From an uncultured Chloroflexia bacterium (GTDB lineage: Bacteria; Chloroflexota; Anaerolineae; JAAYZQ01), in contig CAVOXA010000009.1 of the NCBI GenBank assembly GCA_963700285.1, positions 128,001-192,000 of the forward strand: DNA of 64,000 bases, written 5' to 3'. Shown here in pieces: positions 22,301 through 30,305 of this stretch. Both the position numbers and the translations under genes were made by a program. The number at the start of each line of letters is the position of its first letter. The stretch's first letter is position 1. Below the pieces are notes generated by a model. The model did not search any database and was not told the DNA's origin. It saw only the letters and a list, made by a program, of their open reading frames with translations.

Positions 22301-25300
22301 GCAGGGCAACAACGAAGCGGCGGCGAACTGGTACCGGCAAGCCAATGACCTGCGCCCAGGTGAGCGGGCGGCTTATCTGAACCTGATAGATCTATTGCTC
22401 AGCCAGGGCGAAAACCTGGAAGCTCTGAGAATAGCCCAGAAAGCTATCGGAAACCGGCCTGGGGACAGCGAGCTGCTTCTTCGCCAGGGCCGCATCCAGC
22501 GGATCCTGGGAAGGTATGCCGACGCCGAGCCGGCGCTGCTGCAGGCTGCCCATCTAGATCCCTTTAACGACAGCATTCCAGCCGAATTGGCGGCCGTCTA
22601 CGAGGCGCAGGGCAAGTTGGAAAAAGCCATTGTTGCCTACGATGATGCGGTTTCACTCAATCCTGAACAAGGAGCTTATTACGTGGCCCTGGGCCGGCTT
22701 TGGTCCGCACGAGGGCGACCGGAGCACGCGCTCTCTCTGCTTGAGAGCGCTCTGCTCCAGGTGTCCCGCCCGACGCCCCTGTATGTTGCCATGTCTGACC
22801 TCTATCTGCGTCGTGGTGAGCCCAGGCTGGCCCGGGAGATCCTCGAAGAAGGCATCGAAGCGTTGGGCGAGGACGCCCTGCTCCGGCAAGCCCTGGGCGC
22901 CTACTACCGGTCCCAGGCCGAGTTCGATCGAGCCGAAGAGACCTATCGTGACGCGGTGATCCAGCAGCCTGATGAGTATGCAGCAGATGCAAGCCAGGGG
23001 CATCTGGCCCTGGGGGGGTTTTACCTGAGCCGCGGACGTGTCGAAGAGGCGCTGACTGAGTATGAACAGGCCGCGGCTTCCGGCGCCGTGGCCGCTGCCG
23101 GTGGCGAGGCGCGCGCACTCCTGGCCCTGGGCAATGCCTACCGGGCCATGGGACGAACGGAGCAGAGCATTGATGCCTATTCCCGGGCGACTGAATTGGC
23201 TCCCAGGTCGGAAGACGCCTACAGTGGTTTGGCATCTGTGTATCGCAGCCAGGCTCGATGGCAGGACGCCCGAAGGACGCTGCAGAGTGGGCTGGCGGTT
23301 GTACCTACTTCGGGCCGGCTATTGATGGATCTCAGTGACCTGCTCCTGCAGCGGGGGGAGGTGGATGGAGCCCTTGATCTCTTGGATCAAGCGGTTCAGC
23401 TCTCGGCCAGCGCCAGGACTTATGTGGCCAGGGCCGCTCTGTACCGCGTGCTGGGACGGCCCGATGACGCGGTGCGCGACTTGGAGATGGCGCGCCAGAT
23501 CGAGCCTGGCTCTGTCGAAGCACTGGTTGCCCTGGGCAGTTTGTACCGGTCGCTGGGTGATGTCGCAGGGGCAAAAGAGGCATACAGGCTGGTTCTTTCG
23601 CTGGTACCTGGCACGGCGGCGTCTCACCTGGGCCTCGCAGAACTGGCCCTCGACCAGGGCCAACTACATGAAGCTTGGTGGCAGTTTGATGCTGCCCAGA
23701 AGGTCGAACCGGCTTCATCCGCCCCATTGTTGGGCCTGGCCGCGGCGCGTTCCAGGCAGAATAACTGGGATGAGGCCGAAGCGGCCTACCGTCAAGCGGC
23801 GGAGTTGGCTCCTGGAGCGACTGCGCCTTATATTGGTCTGGCCGACCTTGCCCAACGCCGTACGGGCAGCACGGCGGATGCCTTGGCCGTGCTCGAGCAG
23901 ATTGATGGCCCAGGACCGAGTCGTGGTACTGTCCAGCGTGCGATGGCCGGGATCTGCCGTAGCTCTTCAGCTTCTGCCAAGTGCCAGCCAGACCTCGTGG
24001 CTGAAGCCCTGCTCGAGGCGGCTCGATTGGAACCGGACAGGCCGGAAGCATATCTTTCCCTGGCGGATCTCTATCTGGCCGAGGGGCGCCCCCTCGAAGC
24101 CGGGCCCAATGTCTCCCTGGCTGAGGAGATCGCCCCGTGCGATCCTGCTGTCCATGTTGCTCAAGGCAACGTCCATCATGCGCTTGGCGATCCAGCGGCG
24201 GCTGAAAGTAGCTACCGGGAAGCCATCAGACTGGATGCCACGCGAATGGATGGACACGTGGCCCTGGCGCGATTCTATGTGGTAGAAGAAAACTATGCCG
24301 AGGCTGTAGCCGCATACCAGGAGGGCATTCGGCGGTTTCCCCTGGAGTGGTCGCTCTGGCTTTCGCTGGGCAATGTGTATCTAGCCATGGAATCGTATGC
24401 CGATGCCCTTTCTGCGTTCCAGCAGGCAGCCAAGATGAATCCTAATGCTCCCGAGCCGTGGCTGGGCCAGGGCGACGCGCAGATGGCCAGGGAAAAGTGG
24501 GAGGCAGCCCAGGAGGCCTACGAGCAGGCGCAGCGCTTGGACCTACAGCAGGCTGAAGCCTTGCTGCGCCTGGCCAGTCTCGCAGAGGAGCAAAAGAAGG
24601 CAGACAAGGCCATCCAGTATGCACGCCAGGCTGTGAAAGTCGATCCCACTCTGGCCGCTGGCTATGTAGCCCTGGGTCGCTTGCTGCAGGAGAAGGAACA
24701 GATCGGTGAAGCGGCAGATGCCTTTCTGTCGGCCATCCAACTCGATCCCCGCCGGCATGCAGCCTACAACCGTTGGATGTGGTGCTATATGGACATAAAG
24801 CGCGTGCCCTACAGTGTGGACAGGAGCCGCCTGGAGGCCGAGTTGGCCAAGATAGCCAATGGAGATCAATTGGAGACCGTATGGGCCCAGACACTCTTGG
24901 GGTTGGGCTACCTGACCCTGGAGGAGGACATCGAGCGGGCCATACAGCATCTGGAGAAGGCAGCCGAGATGGATCCCACCTATGCTGAGCTGTACCAGGA
25001 TCTGGCTCTGGCTAACGAGGAGGGCCGAGATGGCCCGCGCGCGCTGGAATGGTGGCAGAGATATCTGTATGCAGCACGCCCGAGTACGGACACCAGCGAG
25101 GCACAGAAGCACATCGACAATCTGAAACTGGTTTCTATCGAGCAGCCAGCGACTGGCGATCGGGTATCTGGAAAGGTGAAAATAGTCGGTACAGCCAAGG
25201 GTAGGATGGTCCAGTCCTACAAGTTAGTATTCCGGGCCGTGGGTTCGGAAGAGTGGTCATCAATTGGTACCGGGGCTGAACGGATCGAGAGTGGACTGTT

Positions 25301-25424
25301 GGCTACGTGGGATACCATTGGACTCTCACCAGGTGAATATCAGCTCCGGCTCGACGTGGTCAGGTCGGATGAAGATGTCAGGCCCTATGATGAGATCACG
25401 GTCATAGTCCAGCCATCGAACTGA
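16314..25424 (+). CDS. Giant 3036-aa protein: multi-pass GT-C-like membrane domain, very long TPR array, C-terminal Ig-like domain
   Basis: Uninterrupted 9.1-kb ORF. The first ~630 aa hold many TM helices, followed by a soluble module (VLAD..ILERYDVRYVVVP). About 2150 aa of TPR-like repeats (LG..Y...G...EA...Y..A...P) follow. The start could instead be ATG 16338. Confidence 0.85.
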   Translation: MANVERRAMGLAMDVQPGTVVPGWGASLAGLFIVLSLIAAFLAVGLGLPAHLPLQAASWLTFLAVVIAPGYILGEIVTWRLDLDLLERLAMAMPLGVVVMVAPGLVAMLGHLVIEDLAVGWTLTVGCLIALWFIHRLLLRNDSRRSISPPWRWSDVAMLLLLAAAFVYVFPTLSLYKMDGDAYGVATFTADALTGRPLNATEPILGTGRSMGTIRMGMNQLLPVFHLWAYFSRADHIELLGTASRSMLALWAILASYMLGKAAGRGSRRVGFLTASIQMLVYLAAPFVRVDHVSIFFFERTNADKFTVTVTMLPVVAALAIRYVGTGRRDTWIARATWLAAALAAFAVSSIHALIAAMLALALSAFGGLHLLVNLRRREAWIRVGGLALLTVIVMIMPLIQLFEARSGEAMAPTYPSSFQGWSIEERLMPILPSALSSRFHSIIPSYQIPGLDVYGPLPDLAYLDAEQVNTSTNPFLIWRFAVNMRRQRIIVFDLERYISDPTLILEPPYLLALLLLPFLLWRLRSDPGVQFCLSTSLAVLFVLFNPILTPILGSLVMPWILWRFVWLLPYALIIALVFDRLLAAFVWPLTRWPRLKPVRAALVAIGSLGFVVLAALFLRQNVATNIEEIQARGAAPLVYATPDKILARLRRETARDGPVMVLADSNLSVTIPAFAGNADVVAHRILGTAEMFPADQQDLALQRHIDQYEFLNTALLTPLHIEILERYDVRYVVVPVGTSLETQLRLSPQWFEWLVADEGYSLYAVHQRPSVTESVLGNAAFLERRWEAASTHYQNALDQDVSPGAASTAGDSGSGMLALLGQADIYRVNGQFDRALLTLRQALAQAETGSTADGREAPALHYRMGQVYADMGQLEGSIEEFDLAQRGDPSSFAYHMALGDACLSARQSECAQEQFRAAVEPLGLADEAQRLMLLGSIWQQRADDGLALALYEQAAVERPGEQTQLALADMHRNAAQFDRAEALLLALRQRYPLWVKPDAHLRILSALARLRADEGRVDEAVALFQSIIGLQEQLAQDTRSTRLVLAQTLLDASVDAPDSDAYRFDRVREEIERVLSLQPHSAAAYILLGNLYRAQYEPRLAMEAYRYALRLDPTEAAAYTSLSDQHRQQATPPDETLALMQSAVAFNPEQAILAISLADQFRRMGDVDMAITTYQRALGWFDLGSAAVAPGSSSGPQPTGRIRSLSYSRLAALYEDLGQVDTAMNYYRAAVTAAPEQAWSWVTLGDALRRRNRASAAEEAYRTAIQEDPAQVDAYLHLASLTSDRGDSSGASELSEQALQIALDGSNLAQTSRAWLALGSYYSQSPQEQIEFGSDGDFFTGDDSTSPVTARAMVAYHQALEAEESVAGVRALASLYQDSGQTEEAISLYKQRIQAGERDRWVPSLLAQYYVGLGDAYLDGRQLEKAMAAFAQAVDLDGWWSGARLALARGYSEQGDQRRALAEILRATEISPGAAEAQLSLAGALDEQEDSEQALAIYQATAQAHPGSSPANLALARAWLDRYHWDMAEQSYRQAMAMVPGDTEAYLGLASLYILRARADEAEVLLNKAMEIDRSNPETYLRLGALLARRARHAEALDAYRQAVQMSGPWQEPRGADLAQTAIYAGLAGVQRALGEFGQAEESLKRAVEVNKASTASGTVAAPLLQLAGLYREQNQPDKVEQTLLLALDMLLDDAASDSRGSPSGASQSMLRVRLALAEFYQSMAQSDKALETLHLAVEENPDSMAALTGYASQLRLMGRVEEADLLYLQAQDAAEPTGAGYQALAAAYQAQGQESVAMALLNEATIRDPRDVGAWIQKGRLQMQLDQQSGELEIENPSSAWVAALEQATELEPAQGRTWNALGNTLLAAVNDGGDEGAGTGYSAGWDRGTAALKQAIAVEPMYLPAYGALLEAYREPSPSSSSPSMPWRSEQALEIVEMVRLTAPGSHLGHLYEARVQEDLQRWAQAREALKLAMIQAPGLPEAYVAMGQLEQLQGNNEAAANWYRQANDLRPGERAAYLNLIDLLLSQGENLEALRIAQKAIGNRPGDSELLLRQGRIQRILGRYADAEPALLQAAHLDPFNDSIPAELAAVYEAQGKLEKAIVAYDDAVSLNPEQGAYYVALGRLWSARGRPEHALSLLESALLQVSRPTPLYVAMSDLYLRRGEPRLAREILEEGIEALGEDALLRQALGAYYRSQAEFDRAEETYRDAVIQQPDEYAADASQGHLALGGFYLSRGRVEEALTEYEQAAASGAVAAAGGEARALLALGNAYRAMGRTEQSIDAYSRATELAPRSEDAYSGLASVYRSQARWQDARRTLQSGLAVVPTSGRLLMDLSDLLLQRGEVDGALDLLDQAVQLSASARTYVARAALYRVLGRPDDAVRDLEMARQIEPGSVEALVALGSLYRSLGDVAGAKEAYRLVLSLVPGTAASHLGLAELALDQGQLHEAWWQFDAAQKVEPASSAPLLGLAAARSRQNNWDEAEAAYRQAAELAPGATAPYIGLADLAQRRTGSTADALAVLEQIDGPGPSRGTVQRAMAGICRSSSASAKCQPDLVAEALLEAARLEPDRPEAYLSLADLYLAEGRPLEAGPNVSLAEEIAPCDPAVHVAQGNVHHALGDPAAAESSYREAIRLDATRMDGHVALARFYVVEENYAEAVAAYQEGIRRFPLEWSLWLSLGNVYLAMESYADALSAFQQAAKMNPNAPEPWLGQGDAQMAREKWEAAQEAYEQAQRLDLQQAEALLRLASLAEEQKKADKAIQYARQAVKVDPTLAAGYVALGRLLQEKEQIGEAADAFLSAIQLDPRRHAAYNRWMWCYMDIKRVPYSVDRSRLEAELAKIANGDQLETVWAQTLLGLGYLTLEEDIERAIQHLEKAAEMDPTYAELYQDLALANEEGRDGPRALEWWQRYLYAARPSTDTSEAQKHIDNLKLVSIEQPATGDRVSGKVKIVGTAKGRMVQSYKLVFRAVGSEEWSSIGTGAERIESGLLATWDTIGLSPGEYQLRLDVVRSDEDVRPYDEITVIVQPSN

Positions 25425-25449
25425 ATCCGCAGCTCGCAGAGGAGATCGC

Positions 25450-26598
25450 ATGACAGAACAATCCAGCCCTGACCTTGTTGACCAGGTCAGCCCTGAGTAC
25501 GCCGAACGGGCTTGGGAGATCGGTACATATCAGGAGGACGACAAGGTCGGAGTCCTGGATCTTGTCCGGGACGAGTACGGTGAAACCGATCTTGCGGATG
25601 GAGATTACTTTGACTGGCTGAGACTGGCCTGTCCTCCAGACGTCGGCCAATGGGTCGTCAGAGAAAAGGGGACCGGCCGGGTAGTCAGCGCCGCTACAAT
25701 GGTTGGCGTTCAGGCCATTTGGAAGGGAAATGAGATCAAGGCTCTCCTGGGCTTTAACTTTCTTGTTGCCCCCGAGTACCAGCGCCAGGGGATCCACACC
25801 GCGTTCACCAGGCAGACAAGAGAGGACATACGACGGGCTGGCTACTGCTTCACCACCCTATTTCCGAATCCCAAATCCATGCCGCAACTGGTCCGTTCAG
25901 AGAACTATCACCATGTTTCCCAGGTGCCGCTGCTTGTGCGTCCTCTGAACATGCGCGCGCTGGCCGAGGCGAGGGTCAAGAACCAGCTTCTCGTTTGGGC
26001 AAGCTCCCTGGGTTGGGGCTTCGCAGGTCGCGTCATCTGGCGTGAGCCAGGCCCCCCTCATGTCGACCCACCTCTGCATATTTCGGAAGACCTCGTACTT
26101 GACGAAGGCTACGACCGCTTTTGGCGTCAGGTGCAGACCAAGTACGATCTCATGCTGGTTCGTGACCGGGCATTCCTGACGTGGCGCTTTCTCGATATCC
26201 CAACGCGAGAGTACCAGATCCTATCGGCGCGGCAGGGTGATGGGGTTCTGGGTTACATCGTGCTGCGCCAGGCAGATGCCCGGGGGACCATGTCTGGGAT
26301 CATTGCTGATTTCCTGGTCCTGCCCGGGGAGCAAGGAACCTGGGCAGGACGGCATTTGCTACACGAGGCTCTGCGGCAGTTTAGGGAAGCACAGATGCCC
26401 TTAGCCGGGGGGCTGGTACTGCCGCATACGCACGAGTATACACTCATGCGCGACGCGGGGTTCCTGAGCGTTCCGGAACCTGTTGCACCCCAGCCTTTCA
26501 ATCTGTTTGTCCGGAGTCACAGTGATGACCCTCCGCTGGAGGCGCTCACCTGCCCTGAAACCTGGTACGTTTCCATCGCCGATCATGACGCCGTCTAG
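25450..26598 (+). CDS. GNAT-family acyltransferase (two-domain)
   Basis: FLVAPEYQRQGI acyl-CoA motif, FPNPKS, VRDRAFLTWRF. GAGGAG RBS. Confidence 0.8.
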   Translation: MTEQSSPDLVDQVSPEYAERAWEIGTYQEDDKVGVLDLVRDEYGETDLADGDYFDWLRLACPPDVGQWVVREKGTGRVVSAATMVGVQAIWKGNEIKALLGFNFLVAPEYQRQGIHTAFTRQTREDIRRAGYCFTTLFPNPKSMPQLVRSENYHHVSQVPLLVRPLNMRALAEARVKNQLLVWASSLGWGFAGRVIWREPGPPHVDPPLHISEDLVLDEGYDRFWRQVQTKYDLMLVRDRAFLTWRFLDIPTREYQILSARQGDGVLGYIVLRQADARGTMSGIIADFLVLPGEQGTWAGRHLLHEALRQFREAQMPLAGGLVLPHTHEYTLMRDAGFLSVPEPVAPQPFNLFVRSHSDDPPLEALTCPETWYVSIADHDAV

Positions 26599-26661
26599 AC
26601 TCCGAAGAGGCTCAATCCTGAGCGGATCCGTGGCCTGGCTTCCTCTGGGGGACGTGATTAG

Positions 26662-27846
26662 ATGAGCTTGTCATTCGGCCGCGCTGTGTTGTTCTTGGTG
26701 GCTACCTGCCTTCTTGGTCAGGCCGTGACCGGCTTTTCCTGCGCTGAGGCGCCAGGTGCCCAGTCCGGCCAAGGCAAGGCGACTACGCCCCCGCGAAAAA
26801 ACGGTGAGGCCATCTACCGGATTGCGGCAGCCTATCCTTTCTGGCGAGCAGCCTCCTTGCCGGTGGACGAGATCCCATTCAAGTATTTGGACCAAATCGA
26901 CCACTTCTCTGTCCATCCAGGTACCCACGGCATGTTGGATGTCCCGAATGGCTTTATGATGCCTACGTTGGTCAAGCAGGCCCACCTCGCAGAGAAACGC
27001 ATTATTCTGGTTGTTGGCGGCGCGAAGGACTATGGCGCCTTCGCTGCCATGGTCGCGGAGCCGAGTGATAGGACATCCTTTGTCCGGAACCTGGTTGCCT
27101 TCGTGATGGAGCACGGCTATGATGGTGTAAACATCGACTGGGAATTCCCGCAGACGTCTGCTGACCGGCAGAACCTGAGCGTCCTGATGGCCGAGTTGAG
27201 AGCCGGCCTTGATGCCACAGGCCGGGATCTTGAACTGAGCATTGCAGTGACTTCCAACGAAAAGCGAGGTGAGTGGGTCGATGCTGAGGCCATTGCCCCC
27301 CTGGTGAGCCATTTTGTGGTGATGACCTTTGGCTACTATGGCGCTTGGGGATCCGAGTCTGGGCACAATGCCCCGCTGTATCCAGTGCCGGTTGCCAGTG
27401 ATTCTCGCTGTGTGGACCAGAGTCTGAGCTACTGGGCGGAGGCCCGAGGCGTGCCCTGGTCCAAGCTCTACATGGGTATCGCGTCCTTTGGGCTTGAGTT
27501 CGACAGCGAGGGCCTCTACCAACCCCTTCCCGATAACCCAGTGGTGTCCAAGGCGAACTACCAAGACATCAAGCCACTGATCGGTGCTGGATATACCCGC
27601 CACTGGGACAGCGCGGCCCAGGTGCCCTATCTCACCCTGGACGACGGCCCAGGAGTGTGGAGCTATGATGATCCTCAGTCCATTGGTCTCAAACGCGAGT
27701 ATGCTCTGGCCAAAGGTATGGGGGGCGTTGCCGTCTGGGATGTAACCATGGATCGCGTTGATGGCGAGCACGAGTTGCTGCAAGTGCTGGCCCACACACC
27801 GGCTCCGCACAGGGCTTTTGTCCCCCTGGTACTGAGAGGCAAGTAA
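26662..27846 (+). CDS. Secreted GH18 (chitinase-like) glycoside hydrolase
   Basis: Signal-like N-terminus, LVVGG, YDGVNIDWEFP (DxxNxDxE), SGHNAPLY, SYDDPQSI..K, GGVAVWD. Confidence 0.9.
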   Translation: MSLSFGRAVLFLVATCLLGQAVTGFSCAEAPGAQSGQGKATTPPRKNGEAIYRIAAAYPFWRAASLPVDEIPFKYLDQIDHFSVHPGTHGMLDVPNGFMMPTLVKQAHLAEKRIILVVGGAKDYGAFAAMVAEPSDRTSFVRNLVAFVMEHGYDGVNIDWEFPQTSADRQNLSVLMAELRAGLDATGRDLELSIAVTSNEKRGEWVDAEAIAPLVSHFVVMTFGYYGAWGSESGHNAPLYPVPVASDSRCVDQSLSYWAEARGVPWSKLYMGIASFGLEFDSEGLYQPLPDNPVVSKANYQDIKPLIGAGYTRHWDSAAQVPYLTLDDGPGVWSYDDPQSIGLKREYALAKGMGGVAVWDVTMDRVDGEHELLQVLAHTPAPHRAFVPLVLRGK

Positions 27847-27916
27847 ATGGAAATCGCTGTGTCAATGACAAGACTGGGACCGAGCTTCTAACCGCTGCCC
27901 TTACAAAGGAGTGAAG

Positions 27917-29059
27917 ATGAACCTACGAATCAACCAAAGACAAACTCGGCGCCCTCGTGCCAGCAGCACTGTGCGGTGTATGGCCCGGAAGGCTATTCTG
28001 GTCGTGGCGTTGCTTGTTGTCTCATTGCCTGCCGCTTTGTCGCCTGGTGGCGTGGCGGCGCAGCAGCCAGACTTGTCTCAACTGCCCATCAGTTTCCCGG
28101 TGCACGCACCAGAGGTCGCAGCCTACTTTAACGAGATGGCCCGTCCTGGCGATTCCGCATCCGTTCTGCCGGATCGCCACTTTCTGCTTTCCCAAACCGA
28201 GGTAGGAGAAAAGATGTTGGCCTTTCGCTCGTGGAGTGAAGCGGAATTGCAGCTCGAGAGCTTGGCCGAGCCGGTGGAGTGGATCATGTACAATCCCGAG
28301 CACTGGGAGTTCACGCCGGAGGATGAGCAGCAGGACCTGGCGACCATCGTCCAAGAGTTTGCTGAGGCGGTCCATGCCCGCGATATGAAGTTCATGTTCA
28401 CGCCGGACCGCCAATACGCGGAACTCTATCTCGGCCAGGTGGCGCCTCACGTGGATGCCGTGATGCTCCAAGGCCAGCGCCTGCAGCACGATCCGCAGAC
28501 CTTTGCCGCTTGGGTGCTGGGCATGGCTGACGTGGCGCACAAAGCCAATGAGGATATCCAGGTCTACGTTCAGGTGGGAGCGACGCGAGGCACCGCGGAG
28601 GAGATGTACGCTGCAATCGAGACGGTGGCCGGCGATATCGATGGGATCGCCGTCTGGTCCATGCCCCGGACGCTGGAAATCTTGCAGGAGTTTGTGACTT
28701 TGGTTCGCGGGGATCTGCCGGAAGTTCCTGCTACGGCGCAAGCTACCGCTGTACCATCTGCGGTTCCCACTGTTACGCCAACTGTGGCTGTCCCGACGGA
28801 AACCGCAACGACGCTGCCCCCGTCGCCTACGCCGGCAGTTACCCCGACCATGGAGCCCTCACCAACCAGCCAGGCTGAGGTGCACCCAGCCGAAATCGCA
28901 GCATCTCCAGCCATGCCAGCCGAGGCGCCGGCAAGCCAGGCGGGAGGCACGGAACCGCTAGGGGGTTGGGTGACGAGCCTCTTGCTGTTCGTCGGTGGCA
29001 TGGGAGTCGGCCTCGTGTTGGGCTTTGTGCTGGGCTGGAGCCTGAGGCGTGGTGCGTAG
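27917..29059 (+). CDS. Secreted putative TIM-barrel protein with Pro/Thr linker and C-terminal TM anchor
   Basis: Signal peptide (..GGVAA/QQ), alternating beta/alpha pattern (WIMYNPEHW, VDAVMLQGQ, IDGIAVW), a PT-rich stretch, and a hydrophobic tail ending in RR. Confidence 0.7.
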   Translation: MNLRINQRQTRRPRASSTVRCMARKAILVVALLVVSLPAALSPGGVAAQQPDLSQLPISFPVHAPEVAAYFNEMARPGDSASVLPDRHFLLSQTEVGEKMLAFRSWSEAELQLESLAEPVEWIMYNPEHWEFTPEDEQQDLATIVQEFAEAVHARDMKFMFTPDRQYAELYLGQVAPHVDAVMLQGQRLQHDPQTFAAWVLGMADVAHKANEDIQVYVQVGATRGTAEEMYAAIETVAGDIDGIAVWSMPRTLEILQEFVTLVRGDLPEVPATAQATAVPSAVPTVTPTVAVPTETATTLPPSPTPAVTPTMEPSPTSQAEVHPAEIAASPAMPAEAPASQAGGTEPLGGWVTSLLLFVGGMGVGLVLGFVLGWSLRRGA

Positions 29060-30305
29060 GATCGAAACCCCACCCCCGGCAGATCCGGCTTCCCGAAACT
29101 GGGTGCCGATGGCACCGGCGCTCCGCTCACGCAACTTTCGTCTCTTCTGGATCGGGCAGAGCGTGTCGACTATGGGCACCTTTCTGCAGGTGGTCGCCGA
29201 AAGCTGGCTCATCTACCAACTCACCGGCTCAACACTTTGGCTCGGTGTGTTAGGCGTGGTTGGCCTGCTGCCCGTGGTACCCATTGCGTTCCTGGGCGGC
29301 GCGCTGGCCGACCGCGTCCCCCGACGGAAGCTGATCATGGTTACCCAGATCGGTCTCTTGGCCCAGGCCGCGGTCTTTGGTTTGTTGGTTGCCACGGACA
29401 ATATCAGCGTCTGGAGCATCATCATCCTGGACTTTGTGATGGGCGCCTTCTATGCCATTGACCAGCCCGCCCGCCAGGCATTTCTGCCAGAGCTTGTCGC
29501 CGAGGCTGATCTGCCCAATGCAGTGGCTCTCAACTCGGCTGTTTTTCAGCTCTCACGTGTGCTTGGCCAGGCCGCCGCGGGTGTACTCATCACGACGATC
29601 GGGGCAGGGGGTACCATGCTCCTCAACGCGGCCACGTTTCTGGCGCCCGTTGTCGCCCTGGCCATGATTCGGGTCAAGGACGTGCGGGCTGATGCTGTGC
29701 CTGCCTCACTCGGATCGGCGCTCTCTGAAGGCGTCATCAGCCTGTACCGGCAACCGACTCTTGTGGGTACCATCAGCTTGATGGTCACTGTTGGGGGGCT
29801 GCCGCTGGCAATCTCCTTGATGATGCCGGCCTTTGCAACGGAGGTTACCCAGACCGACGCTATGGGCCTGGGCTTGCTCCTGGCTGCGGGGGCTGTGGGC
29901 GCGGTGCTCAGTACCTTCGTGGTGACCAAGATCCACCAAGGACAGCGGGGCCATGCGGTGCTCGTGTCCAGCCTTCTTTTGCCTCTCTCTATGATAGCAT
30001 TCTCAGCCTCTCGCAGCATGCCCGTAGCGTGCCTCATTCTGCTGTGTGTGGGCTTGATCCAGTCCGTACTATATGCCGAATCAACTACACTGGTACAGAT
30101 GGGTGTCCCAGACAGGGTGAGAGGGCGCGTGATGAGTCTGTATGGCATGCTGATCATCGGCGTACCCAAGCTGACGGGCATGCTGATCGGTGGGCTGGCC
30201 GAACGTACCGGCCTGCCACTGATCATCGCTCTCTCCAGCGCCCTTGGCCTGCTGTATGTGCTGGGTCTGCACCTACTGATGCCCTCCGTCCGCAAACAGG
30301 CTTGA
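29049..30305 (+). CDS. MFS transporter (DHA3/MFS_3-like)
   Basis: ALRSRNFRLFWIGQ, GGALADRVPRRK, DQPARQAF, RGRVMSLY; about 12 TM helices. Confidence 0.9.
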   Translation: MVRRIETPPPADPASRNWVPMAPALRSRNFRLFWIGQSVSTMGTFLQVVAESWLIYQLTGSTLWLGVLGVVGLLPVVPIAFLGGALADRVPRRKLIMVTQIGLLAQAAVFGLLVATDNISVWSIIILDFVMGAFYAIDQPARQAFLPELVAEADLPNAVALNSAVFQLSRVLGQAAAGVLITTIGAGGTMLLNAATFLAPVVALAMIRVKDVRADAVPASLGSALSEGVISLYRQPTLVGTISLMVTVGGLPLAISLMMPAFATEVTQTDAMGLGLLLAAGAVGAVLSTFVVTKIHQGQRGHAVLVSSLLLPLSMIAFSASRSMPVACLILLCVGLIQSVLYAESTTLVQMGVPDRVRGRVMSLYGMLIIGVPKLTGMLIGGLAERTGLPLIIALSSALGLLYVLGLHLLMPSVRKQA

